From NCBI RefSeq assembly GCF_001194135.2, contig NC_068989.1:4556470-4598797 (forward strand): a DNA stretch of 42,328 bases. Reading direction: 5' to 3'. This document shows positions 12,484-25,072 of this stretch, one piece after another. The notes beneath the pieces are model-generated. The model ran no database searches and was not told the origin of the DNA. It saw only the letters and a program-made list of their open reading frames with translations. Source of the stretch: Octopus bimaculoides (lineage: Eukaryota). Positions within the stretch are counted from its first letter, which is position 1. Each line of letters opens with the position of its first letter. The position numbers and the translations under genes are program-made.

Positions 12484-12580
12484 CGATGATGATGATGATG
12501 ATTATGATGACGACGACGACGACGACGACGATGATGATGAGAATGATGATGACGACAGTGATGATGAGGATGATGATAGT
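12484..12580. repeat. (GAT)n/(GAC)n trinucleotide tract
   Basis: Seen directly. Confidence 0.95.
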
Positions 12581-13439
12581 GAGGAAAATATAAATGTAGA
12601 AAGTATTTTAAAATCGAAATAACGTGCGGAAAAAGCAAATTTTCGGTTTTGTTTTCTAAATTTCTCAAAGAATTAATGACTGCTAAAGTGCACACTTCCT
12701 TAAACATTCAACTAAATATAGAATGAAACTATTTAAAAAATTTATGACTATAATCTTCTAACCCCCAAATGCTAAATAGAAAGTAGAAGTGTGAATAGTC
12801 CTTTAAAATGGAATCGAATATAAAAAGATAAAATTACATTCGGTCTTTTAGAATTAAACCTAACTCATTCTTTACTGTATTAACAGAACGAAATTCCTAG
12901 ATTACAAAGTGTATATTTGAAAGTAAATTCGAAGTTGACATTTTGTAAAAGTAAAAATAATAATCTAAAAACTAATTATATCCTAAACTAATAGGATCTA
13001 TATTCAGGTATTACAGCTACTAAATCTTCAACCCCAGGAAGAATAAGAATATTTAATCGACGTATAACCACATACGTGTGTGTGTCTTTTGTCCAGAGAG
13101 AGTTCAGTAGTAATCATAAGTTATTTATCTAAATTATTACTGACGATTTATTTCCTGTTGCAGCCATAACAGCTGCCTCCCCACCACAAACGCACACATT
13201 TTTTCACGTACATACAACCTGCCTGGGTCAAGCAAGTCAAGACGAAACCATTTTGTGGTTACTCGACCTGTTAAAAAGCAGATGTCAAATAAATGCCTGA
13301 AATTACACCAGTACTTTTAAGAGAAAGGTACATTAGATAAAGTTGTTCTAGATAAACTTTGCCAGAAAACAGACAGACAAGACAGTCACAAATCTTCAAA
13401 TGACTTCGTAGTAATTTTTATATTTTGGCAGTCATTTTT

Positions 13440-13790
13440 CTATTGTTAAAATTCCCACAGAATCTAATCCGCTTCTTGTCACGAACGGTCGTAAATATTC
13501 AATTATATTTTGTAGTTTAAATAATCTTATCAAATTTATAGTCATGGTAAGTATTATTCTTAGTACAAATCACAAATTTGGCTCCACATCTCGTAACTTA
13601 TGACTGTTAATAAATGTAATGGTTTCTATTGGAAGCTTCATATCTCTTGGAAATAATTATTTTGCTATATATACAAGCGATCAAATTAGTTAAGAACACT
13701 GTTGGTAACTTATAACAAAACTTCGATATGAAAATCTTATTTGATATATATATATATTGTATCTGGAAAATCTTTAATGTTATTTTTAAA
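13440..13790 (-). mobile_element. Highly decayed Penelope-like RT remnant
   Basis: The minus strand gives broken segments resembling NNYF.E..G.P.G ... P.LCDLY ... KII...NIIEY.RFVD, i.e. the RT core motifs with frameshifts. Confidence 0.35.
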
Positions 13791-15680
13791 AAAACAAATA
13801 AAACTTCGTTATTGAAATATCGTATCTAACTCTCTTTCAAAAGATGCTCATGATTTAACTACATTATTTTTCACTTCATGATTCACGTTCAAAAGAACTA
13901 CTAATTTTACTGACTTTATAACAATTTTACTGTTTATTAACCTTTTCTCTCTCAGACCACGAGTTCAACTCATTTACAAGAGTCGGGGATCCTACAAAAT
14001 AACGTATCATTGACACTATCTCAATTTACACGTTCTTTCTGAAAACCAGATGAGTTTTTTTTTTTTCATCGTTCGACCCGGGCGACATACAGCTTCCACT
14101 CCAACGCCCGCACACACACACACACAGGCCTCCGCAACAAGTTCCAAATAAGCTTAACTCGAGAAATTTACACGCTTTCTTACTTTTCATTTTACTTAAA
14201 GTTCATTCTCTCGTATTTGGACTGTCGAAAACGCATGACGTTCTCTCCACTACGGAAGGACGCAGGTGGTTGCTCGAAAAGTGATATCCTTAACTTGCCC
14301 TGGATGTTAGCGTTTCATACATAGGCAAAATTTAACTCAGCCCTATAAACCGACGAAATGCTCATCTATTTAATATTGCTGCCGCTATTTAAATCGGTGA
14401 AATTGTGCATCCTTCTGTACGTAGGGAGACTTGGCTGTTAAAAGTTAGGGACCTAAATAATGAAGAAAGTTTTCTGGTAAGATTACAAACAAACAGCCCC
14501 TTGGTAAATAATCGATTCATTCAGAGAGTTTTTTTCTTTATTATAAGCGTATGATCTTTATGCTGTTTATTTTTTCCAGCTGTCGATCAACTTCAGTTAG
14601 CTGTTGAGACCAACTAAGGTAGTTGACCACTGGAAATTTAAAATGGCAGAATAAAATTAAACGTTGCATACCTCAAAATTCATCTTAGTTCTTACGTTTC
14701 GATTTCAGAACCTTCAAAGAAAATCAAATAAAACTGTTGCAATGTGTGAACTTAGAATAAGCAGAAAGAATAATGCGATAACACAAACATCATAGCACTT
14801 CTGATATCGGCACTAGGAAACATTTAAGNNNNNNNNNNNNNNNNNNNNNNNNNNNNNNNNNNNNNNNNNNNNNNNNNNNNNNNNNNNNNNNNNNNNNNNN
14901 NNNNNNNNNNNNNNNNNNNNNNNNNNNNNNNNNNNNNNNNNNNNNNNNNNNNNNNNNNNNNNNNNNNNNNNNNNNNNNNNNNNNNNNNNNNNNNNNNNNN
15001 NNNNNNNNNNNNNNNNNNNNNNNNNNNNNNNNNNNNNNNNNNNNNNNNNNNNNNNNNNNNNNNNNNNNNNNNNNNNNNNNNNNNNNNNNNNNNNNNNNNN
15101 NNNNNNNNNNNNNNNNNNNNNNNNNNNNNNNNNNNNNNNNNNNNNNNNNNNNNNNNNNNNNNNNNNNNNNNNNNNNNNNNNNNNNNNNNNNNNNNNNNNN
15201 NNNNNNNNNNNNNNNNNNNNNNNNNNNNNNNNNNNNNNNNNNNNNNNNNNNNNNNNNNNNNNNNNNNNNNNNNNNNNNNNNNNNNNNNNNNNNNNNNNNN
15301 NNNNNNNNNNNNNNNNNNNNNNNNNNNNNNNNNNNNNNNNNNNNNNNNNNNNNNNNNNNNNNNNNNNNNNNNNNNNNNNNNNNNNNNNNNNNNNNNNNNN
15401 NNNNNNNNNNNNNNNNNNNNNNNNNNNNNNNNNNNNNNNNNNNNNNNNNNNNNNNNNNNNNNNNNNNNNNNNNNNNNNNNNNNNNNNNNNNNNNNNNNNN
15501 NNNNNNNNNNNNNNNNNNNNNNNNNNNNNNNNNNNNNNNNNNNNNNNNNNNNNNNNNNNNNNNNNNNNNNNNNNNNNNNNNNNNNNNNNNNNNNNNNNNN
15601 NNNNNNNNNNNNNNNNNNNNNNNNNNNNNNNNNNNNNNNNNNNNNNNNNNNNNNNNNNNNNNNNNNNNNNNNNNNNNNNN

Positions 15681-15789
15681 ATAGTCTCCAGAATATATAT
15701 TTCGAAAACCGTCATGGAAACTGCCGAACAGATAAGCATACGATGACGTAGCAACGGTGGGAATGATACTAAGGAAGGCACAACAAAGC
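15681..15789 (-). CDS. Candidate upstream chitin synthase exon running into a gap
   Basis: Acceptor-like ttgctttgtgtag| is followed by an open hydrophobic frame (LCCAFLSIIPTVATSSYAYLFGSFHDGFRNIYSGDY). This is what a first TM helix before the AVPE exon could look like. A second frame is also open and no donor is visible. Confidence 0.3.
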
Positions 15790-17547
15790 CTACACAAAGC
15801 AACAACTATACAAATCTATCCACGAAATAATATAATAGTTCAAATAAATGTACACTCCAAATTATATCCAAACCATTCAGCAACTTTAGATATTATGGGT
15901 GAAATCAATGCAATAAACATCGGAGATGCTTTTCCGCACGCAGAAACTGCAGGAGCTGCTCAGACGCTTTGAAATCTCGGCTAACTCTCTTGCAATGCTG
16001 GTAACACTTCTGCATCGTCAGCAGATATCTCAGGGCCACAAGCTTTTTCTCCCTTTAGCCAGTATGCTTCGCCTGAGTGGGGACAGCGAGGACTGAGCTT
16101 GTCTTCATCTACAGAATGGTTCCACTTGCGGTCTCTTACTAACCATAGCAACCTTGAGCTAGTTTCAGCTACCGTGCCTGTTTCTTTGGTGACTTTCTAT
16201 AATTTATAACGTAGAGAAAACAATACGTTAAAAAGAATGCGTTAAAAATATCATTGCTGACTCAGGGTTTGAAGTAATGAAAATTACAGCTTAAACAATC
16301 AGGAAATCAGAATTTAAATTATATAATGAATAATAGATGAGAACTACTGCACCAACCAGTGAATATAGGACGAATAAATTAACGGCTCAAATAAAACAAG
16401 AAACACGATGTAATTACACAATAGCGAAGAGGAGAAAGAAAGGCAAATAAATTAGCTAAAGAAATGCAATAAAGAGATAACCAATTTTAAGAAACTAACA
16501 ATGGGGTAAAAGGATCTATAAAACGATGTAAATATAATCAACTTTGAACCGACCAATGAAACGTAGAACAACTTTCGGTTTTATGAAGTAAACTATTACC
16601 TGTATAGGCAATGCTCGATCAAACAATATTAGAAACCAGCCAATGAAAATTTATTGCCAAACCAGTTTGAGAACAAGTATGTCATTGAAATTTCGTCGTT
16701 CTGCATGATCTTAAAATTGTTAGCAAAACGCCAAATAATCATGCATTACCAACGAACATTTAAATTATTGTTGTGTGGCCAATGTCGCACTCCAATAGTT
16801 TTGTGAAGAAGAGCTGTGAGGACTGTTTTCAATTGAAATGCTACTCTTTTAATTGTGAACCTATTTGGTTGCATGAAAAAATTAAGAAAGCATGGTTACG
16901 TGGTAAGAAGCTTGCTTCCCAAACCATATGGTTTTAGGTTCAGTCTCACTGCAGGGTACTTTTATTTGTATGTATGCATGTATGTGCAGATTTGTATGTT
17001 TTATTTATGTATTTTCATGCATATATCTAGACATGCTCATATATACTTAAACGATGATCTTCTGGAAAGCTTTACAGATTTTTACAGTTCCAGATCTGTT
17101 ACCTTCGAATTAGCTTTCTCCTTTCTGGTTTTGAGAAGCCTAATTTCTCAAGATTGGTATTTAGGCAGTGTGTTACGTATCCCAGGGCCCCAATAATTAC
17201 AAGTATAAACCTGATAGAGTGACTGCAGATTTCTCAATAGTTCATCGTAGGTGTTCTTTTTCCCCCTGATTTTCAGCTTTACGTTAACATCTGCTGGACA
17301 CAGTTTCTCTATGTACGTGTATATGTATGTATATATGTATGTGTGTGTGTGTGTATGCATGTATGTCTGTATGTATGTATGTATTTATTTGTGTATGAAA
17401 ATGTATTGTAAATGTGTGTATTTCTTTGCATGTTAATATCACGAGCTGGCTGTTCCGTTGATCGAGTCAGCCATAACCCTGGTCGTCGCAACCAACTGAA
17501 CGCTTGTTTGTGTGAGGGGGGAGGTGCAATGGCCTAGTGGTTAGGGC

Positions 17548-17787
17548 CATACAGACTCTTCCATTTGGGTACTCAAAGAACTGGTATAAATGCTCACGTG
17601 TTAATGATTCTTTCTATCTGCTGTAATATCTCACATACACATACATGTATCACTCACATACATACTTTTCTTTGTATGACGGCCTGTCTTTGATTATGTT
17701 ATTATATGTCGCATTCACACTCTCACACAGACATACATCTTTAACGCTACAATAAATATCTCTTGTTATTCATCTAATACGGTTGTT
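17548..17787 (+). repeat. 240-bp copy of the 3' part of the LTR-like unit (second copy 21368-21607)
   Basis: The two copies read identically except at one position (17561 c vs 21381 t). Confidence 0.9.
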
Positions 17788-20389
17788 CCGTTGATCGGAT
17801 CAACTGGAACCCTCGTCGTCGTAACCGACGGAGCGCTACCAATGTGTGGGTGCGTGCGTGTGCACACGTTTGTCTATAAATACACGCTTCCATGTTTTTA
17901 TTATTTCTTTCAGTCTTTATAAACTCTGATTCGACTGAGACATCATGAGACATCAATTTCCCACCTGTAACTTATCACACCCAACCACCCTATTCATTTC
18001 ACGTTGATATAGAACTTCCATCGTTTATATTCTCACGTTGTAACCTTGGGCTCATTCATCCCAACTCATTTGCTACTTTCGTTTGAAAAACTCACATAAA
18101 GCAGAACACACAACAAAGGTACGAAACAGTTCAAGTTGAACCGTAATACATTATAATACAAACGTAATGCATTATAATACACACATAGCAGTTATACTTG
18201 TTCGGCGAGTAACATGTCTGAAATGATGCAACATTGATTTCGTTTATCTTTATTACTTATAATCACACTAATCTCACCCCCACGATACTAGCAATATATA
18301 TGTATGTTATGTATATGTATATATATATATATATATNNNNNNNNNNNNNNNNNNNNNNNNNNNNNNNNNNNNNNNNNNNNNNNNNNNNNNNNNNNNNNNN
18401 NNNNNNNNNNNNNNNNNNNNNNNNNNNNNNNNNNNNNNNNNNNNNNNNNNNNNNNNNNNNNNNNNNNNNNNNNNNNNNNNNNNNNNNNNNNNNNNNNNNN
18501 NNNNNNNNNNNNNNNNNNNNNNNNNNNNNNNNNNNNNNNNNNNNNNNNNNNNNNNNNNNNNNNNNNNNNNNNNNNNNNNNNNNNNNNNNNNNNNNNNNNN
18601 NNNNNNNNNNNNNNNNNNNNNNNNNNNNNNNNNNNNNNNNNNNNNNNNNNNNNNNNNNNNNNNNNNNNNNNNNNNNNNNNNNNNNNNNNNNNNNNNNNNN
18701 NNNNNNNNNNNNNNNNNNNNNNNNNNNNNNNNNNNNNNNNNNNNNNNNNNNNNNNNNNNNNNNNNNNNNNNNNNNNNNNNNNNNNNNNNNNNNNNNNNNN
18801 NNNNNNNNNNNNNNNNNNNNNNNNNNNNNNNNNNNNNNNNNNNNNNNNNNNNNNNNNNNNNNNNNNNNNNNNNNNNNNNNNNNNNNNNNNNNNNNNNNNN
18901 NNNNNNNNNNNNNNNNNNNNNNNNNNNNNNNNNNNNNNNNNNNNNNNNNNNNNNNNNNNNNNNNNNNNNNNNNNNNNNNNNNNNNNNNNNNNNNNNNNNN
19001 NNNNNNNNNNNNNNNNNNNNNNNNNNNNNNNNNNNNNNNNNNNNNNNNNNNNNNNNNNNNNNNNNNNNNNNNNNNNNNNNNNNNNNNNNNNNNNNNNNNN
19101 NNNNNNNNNNNNNNNNNNNNNNNNNNNNNNNNNNNNNNNNNNNNNNNNNNNNNNNNNNNNNNNNNNNNNNNNNNNNNNNNNNNNNNNNNNNNNNNNNNNN
19201 NNNNNNNNNNNNNNNNNNNNNNNNNNNNNNNNNNNNNNNNNNNNNNNNNNNNNNNNNNNNNNNNNNNNNNNNNNNNNNNNNNNNNNNNNNNNNNNNNNNN
19301 NNNNNNNNNNNNNNNNNNNNNNNNNNNNGAAATTCTTGCCCAAATCATAATGTCCGTATTTTTCCGCATATTTAGAAAAAAAAATTCTGAAAAAAGTTTA
19401 AAAAATGAAGGAAATGGGGGTGGGAGTGGTAATATAGAAATATCGATTTTTGCCGTTTTTTTTTTGTTTTGTTTTTTGCAGATTCGTATTCCCCGTAGCC
19501 GAAAAGGTAGAGTCTGTTCTATAACACAAAATAGATAAGTATACGAAGTTTGAAAGTCTTTCCGTACCAAAAACACTACGTAAAACATTAATGAAAAATG
19601 TGGCCCCCGTTTTAAAAAAGATCCCAATAATTGAAGCCATTTTCAGACTAACACAAATTTTATGGAGACATACGCAGAAATGTAGTTGTGGGGATGGCGA
19701 ACTAACTGTAGTAGCTGCTAGGATAATCTAAACAAACTTACTGGGTGACAACAGGAGAGAAAGAAGTGAGAAGCAGTCAGACGGAGAAATATAGTGTGGA
19801 ACATGCCGAATCGCTTATGTTACGTGATAGCCTATTGCTCAGTACGGTGGGGAGGAAGGTCTTCTTGTTTATTGTTTTAACTTTTCCGTGTTCAGACTTA
19901 AATAGAACAAGTTAACATTGCCACCGCCATTTTACAACGGATGTTTTCGTTCTGAAGAATCAATTCACAAAATGTTACAGAAAGAATAAGAACTACCAGT
20001 CATAAATCGAAAAACCCAGTCATTTTCCCAGGTAAAAATATTTTAAGAAAATTGTACAATAAATTAATATAATATAATTGAATGTATAATATACTTAAAT
20101 GTAATATAAATATGTAATTTTTTTAAATACATAAATTTGAAATAATAATGAGTAAAAATGAATAAAAGTTTAACCTTGGCAAAATTCAAAGTCGAAGGCC
20201 TTCTTAAAAGTCGAATGTAAAATATGAAGGCAAAATACATATTTAAACTTTAAATTACAGTGTCAATTTTATATATTTTTTAATTTATACATTTATATTA
20301 CTTTTAATTATATTACATTAATTTATTATATAATTTTCAGCGTTACTATGTGTTTTTTTATACTGAACATCTCTAGTTCTCATCGTTTG

Positions 20390-20429
<40 letters not shown>

Positions 20430-20888
20430 TTTGCGTCTGTGTTTGTGACACACACACAACTCTATCGCTTGATATCTCCGTAACTTAACGGTTCTGCAAA
20501 ACAGACCGATAGAATAAGTACCAGATCTTTAAAAAATGCCCTGGGGCAATTGCTTCGACTGAGACTCTTCAAAGCGGTGAAATTTGAATTTTAATTTTCA
20601 CTTCAAAGTGTCTTTTATCTTGAACTGCTTCCATTCAATGGGCAGTGGCCATGCTGGGGGCACTGCCCTGAAGTGTTTAGTCGAACAAATCGCCTCCAGT
20701 ACTTATTTTTTAGATTCTGGTAGTTATTCTTTCAGTTTCTTTTGCTGAACCGGTAAGTTACAGACGTAAATAAAACAACACCCTTGTGACGATGTGGTGG
20801 AGACGAACACGAACACAACCACACTCACACTCACACACACACACTCACACACACACACATATACACACACAGATATAATGTATGTATA

Positions 20889-21615
20889 TGTAGTGAAACT
20901 ACCTATCGCCATTAGATACAAAACTACTATCGCCATTACATACAATCTTCTCATTTAAATATAAACACGCGCGGGCGTAGCGGAGAACCCATCTCCTTGT
21001 CATCATGTGACTGATTAATATTCGGAGCGGCAACTTCTTCGAACCGTTCCCGCCAGAACGCAAACTGACCAATGACAGCCCTTAATAAGGTCACGTGATA
21101 GAGTATGTTTCTGAAACCTTCGGGAGCCGATAGTTTGTTATAAATAGCTTTAACTCGGCGGCCAAATTGGTCTCGGTTCAGTTTCTCTCTGAGATCTGTT
21201 CCGTGTACCACACGACAGCAGCAGCAGTTCCAGCGACACATCAACTGCTTCGTCCAACGATGACAACCCAGCCGAACATCTGTATAACAAGAATCACGGC
21301 CCGGCATGGATGCCACAACATCACAACTAGTGATCAGCTCTGCCACACACAGCCTCAACTACTTTCACATACAGACTCTTTCATTTGGGTACTCAAAGAA
21401 CTGGTATAAATGCTCACGTGTTAATGATTCTTTCTATCTGCTGTAATATCTCACATACACATACATGTATCACTCACATACATACTTTTCTTTGTATGAC
21501 GGCCTGTCTTTGATTATGTTATTATATGTCGCATTCACACTCTCACACAGACATACATCTTTAACGCTACAATAAATATCTCTTGTTATTCATCTAATAC
21601 GGTTGTTTCATTACT
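20889..21615 (+). mobile_element. Solo-LTR-like element
   Basis: Imperfect inverted termini TGTAGTGAAAC ... GTTTCATTACT. Internal order is CCAAT (21069), CACGTG (21092), TATAAATA (21139), AATAAA (21571), and tggt follows the 3' end. No target-site duplication or internal ORF was found. Confidence 0.5.
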
Positions 21616-21901
21616 GGTCATCTATGTTATCGTAGTATAACATATCATGTATATCATCTTTGATATATTATTTTGTGTTCGACCGTGCGACGCGTTTAAA
21701 TAAAAGGAGTCCTCTGTTTTTTCCATTCGTCACCATTTCTCCTTTTGAGTTCGCACGGTCGTTCTTACATATATATGTATGTATATATGTATGTATTTAT
21801 GTATATATGCATGCATTTATCTATGTATAATCGATGGACTTTTACTCAGTGCCCGTCTACCAAATTCACGCACAAGGCATTGGGTATCCGGGGCTATAAC
21901 A

Positions 21902-22471
21902 TTAGGTTGTCCGGAAAGTTCTGAGCGTGTTTTTTTTTGTTTTGTTTTTGCTTTTTTTTTTAAATATGCAAAAAGCGATATACTTCATGAACCGTACTTT
22001 TAGAGACTTCCAATTCTTCTGCAAGTTCCCTAGTCTTGATATTTGAGTTTTCTTGGATTTTTGCCTTCAAAATATCTTCATCCAATTTTGAAGGTCTTCC
22101 ACTGCGATTGTCATCTTCCAAGCTAAACTCTCCAGCTTTGAATTTTGCAAACCACCTTCGAACACTTGATTCATCTCCAGCATCATCGCCATAAACTTCA
22201 CAAATGGTTTCGCAAGTCTTTGCAGCATTTCCTCCTTTTTTAAAAAAGAAAAGCATTACAACGCGAATATGAAATTTTTGGTTATCCATTTCAAATGTCA
22301 ATAAAAGGTAAGCGGAATGAAAGATAAATCTATTTTTCGTCTGGAACAAAGAAGAGATGCAATTCCACTTCAATCAACGCCAAAGTTTTAACTGTGTTAT
22401 GTTTCAGGTGTGTTCAATGCGGTATTACAAGATTTAGCTTTAAAATGCTCAGAACTTTCCGGACAACCTAA
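21902..22471 (-). mobile_element. Internally deleted mariner with perfect 25-bp TIRs, encoding only the DNA-binding domain
   Basis: TIR ttaggttgtccggaaagttctgagc (21902-21926) has an exact reverse complement at 22447-22471, flanked by CA and TA. ORF 22289->21960: MDNQKFHIRVVMLFFFKKGGNAAKTCETICEVYGDDA...VRRWFAKFKAGEFSLEDDNRSGRPSKLDEDILKAKIQENSNIKTRELAEELEVSKSTV (HTH1-RSGRP-HTH2). No DD34D domain. Confidence 0.93.
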
Positions 22472-22912
22472 TATAAGACACTTACTCCAAGTGCCGCACA
22501 GTGAGACTGAACCTGAAACTACGTAGGTGCAAATGAGCTTCTTGACCACATTGTCATACCTATATTTCTCTTCCTTCACAAATTCAGTGACTTTTCAGAA
22601 CAAGTATTCACTTGCAGTACAGCTGAACGTCCGATTATGTTCTCACATATAACTGCCTATGGTTGTATAAATTTATGTCTGTGTGAAAAGATGCTAGCAG
22701 ACTGTTGACAGTTAGATTAAACACAGAAACTAAAAAAATGTCCAACAAAATAGAACATTAAACAATCTGTGTCTGCTGTTTTAGTTATCTCATATCACTG
22801 CATAAATGCAACTTTTTTCTTCCTCCGAATTTCTTCATATCTCTTTCTGTATTTCTGTCTTTCTCCTATTCCATCGCTTCCTCTGGCACTCAAATACAGT
22901 CAGACTCACATG

Positions 22913-23775
22913 CACTGATCGGCTGAAAAGTTCATTGGCTGACTAGCATACCTTCATGGAATTTGACCAAATAAGCATAATAACTCTTGCAGTCCACTCA
23001 CTTTTTCTATCGGGGTTGCGCCAATGGATCACATTGGTGAAGAAACTTTCATCCTATTGGTCAAAAAAGTCATCAACAGCAGCCGTGACAACATCATCAC
23101 TGCGACGCTAGTTATCAGCCAAGTGTTTTTTACATATTGGCGAACAGATGATAGTCAGATGAGGCTAAATCAGGAGAACAAGAGCAGTGATCAGACAGCT
23201 CAAAGCCACAGTCAAGCATAGCAGCTATTGAAAGCAAGGACTTCTGTGCTGGAGCATTACCTGATGAAACAAGACCCCTTTCGTCAGTTTTCCTGGGCAT
23301 TTGGTCTTGATAACCTTTCGTAATTGTCTCAGCAAGTTGGTATGGGGCTCTTCATTAATACTGTAGCCATTTTGAATATAGTCAATAAACACAATGTCAT
23401 TTGCATCCCCTAAAATTGAGGCTATCACTTTGCTTGCAGATAAAACGACTTTGACCTTCTTTGGAGCAGGTTTCCATTGCGTGGAAAGTCTCTTTGTCTC
23501 TCGCTCAAAGTGATGAACCCGACACTCATCCTGGGTTAGGAAACGTTCAAGGGAACACGCTGGGGCTACCTCAAACAATGTCAGATTTTCCGTGGTGTGA
23601 TCAGCCTGGTGTACTTTTGATCAGGCGTCAGAAGACGCAGCGACTAACGAGCAGAAACCTCCGTCATGTCATGCCAAGTTCTTTGTACAGAATATCCTCA
23701 ACTCTCTCATGGGATATACTAACAGCATTGATTATTTGATCTATGGTCAATCGCCTGTCATCCATCGCCGTGTGG
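22913..23775 (-). mobile_element. Degenerate, 5'-truncated mariner transposon (DD34D catalytic region)
   Basis: Translates DDRRLTIDQIINAVSISHERVEDILYKELGM ... ERFLTQDECRVHHFERETKR ... KVIASILGDANDIVFIDY ... PGKLTKGVLFHQ ... SPDLASSDYHLF, with stops and frameshifts. TIR remnant ggctgaaaagttcattggctgac at 22921-22943. Confidence 0.9.
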
Positions 23776-24998
23776 TAATCGCGACCTTTTCGGTGACTTC
23801 CCTCACTCTTCAGTATCTACTCCGATCAATTCTGGAATTGGCCTTATTCCGGTGTGCATGCATGCCTGTATGTGTGAACGTAGATGTGCGTTCGCTTAGA
23901 GAAGTTAAGGGTCAGAGTAAACAAAGAGTTTGCGTGTGCACGCATGCGTACGTGCATGTGTGTGTGTGTGTGTGTGGCGTTATGTGTATACCTGCGTGAC
24001 TTCTACACGTGTTTGTGTTTGTGAGTGTGTATGCATTAGCTACCCGTGACCTCTTCAAGGTGACTTCGGTCTCAGATCTACTGAGATTCGCTTATCATCA
24101 CGTAATCGTTTATAGGTCTAGCTCTTTGTGTGGGAAAGCGGGAGGGGAGAACAAGATAAGTCTGTGCCTGAGCAACTGGGTGCGCGTTCGTGTTTGGGTG
24201 GGGAACGTGGGTGCGTGCATGTGTGGGGGGTCTATTAGAACGAGTATTTGCCAATGTGAGTGCATTCTAGTATATATATATATACAAATATTCTATAATT
24301 ATGTTTATAAGTATAGAATGTTTGTATAATTTTACCTATAAAGATTATTTTAAAGTACCGAGCTACTTGGTAAAATTATTAATTGATTGATTAAAACGGT
24401 CAAATGGGCACTAGACTATACTTCTAGTTAAGGAGAGGCAACTAGTACAAGCATCACAGAGAATCTATATAAAAAAAATCTCCTAAAAGATAATATTGGA
24501 ATACACATTATATATAACAAATTGTGGTAATAATTAGATGTAAATAATCAGATGTAAACAGGTACCAAAGAAAATTTTATCTTACAGGTACACTACAATG
24601 CACAATTATAAGACCACTAACATTTAAGCGGTTAATATTTAAGATCAAATTGCACGTTAATTATTATCATGAATATAATTCTCAAATTCAAACAGTACAC
24701 TAAATATGCTTAATAAGCATTATATTATCATTAAAGTCAGATAGTTCTTATCATTAAATATGATAATTTAAAAGATTATATTGACCCTTTGGGTGCAGTT
24801 ATAGTAGTTACACTAACAAATTAGTACTATGAACGAAGTTTTAATATTCAAACAATTTACTAAATATTTTTAATATGCATTACATTATCCTAAAATAAGA
24901 TTTCTCATATCATTAAATCTAATAATTTAAAAATTACAAATTACCGACAGTATATACGGATATTTTATCCCTTAGTCAGTTATTGTCACAGCTAATTC

Positions 24999-25002
<4 letters not shown>

Positions 25003-25068
<66 letters not shown>
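25003..25068. repeat. (TA)n microsatellite
   Basis: Seen directly. Confidence 0.97.

Positions 25069-25072
<4 letters not shown>

Noticed and set aside
12401-12707. Poly-Asp and poly-His ORFs
   Set aside because: Translation products of a (GAT/GAC)n microsatellite following a SINE; no splice or homology support.
14660-14828. Possible minus-strand CHS exon ending at GAG|gtatgc
   Set aside because: All three frames contain stops between the plausible acceptor and this donor.
14790-19627. Long ORFs of 330-454 aa in the track (also 8680-9388 and 37898-39381)
   Set aside because: Artefacts of N runs and dinucleotide repeats.
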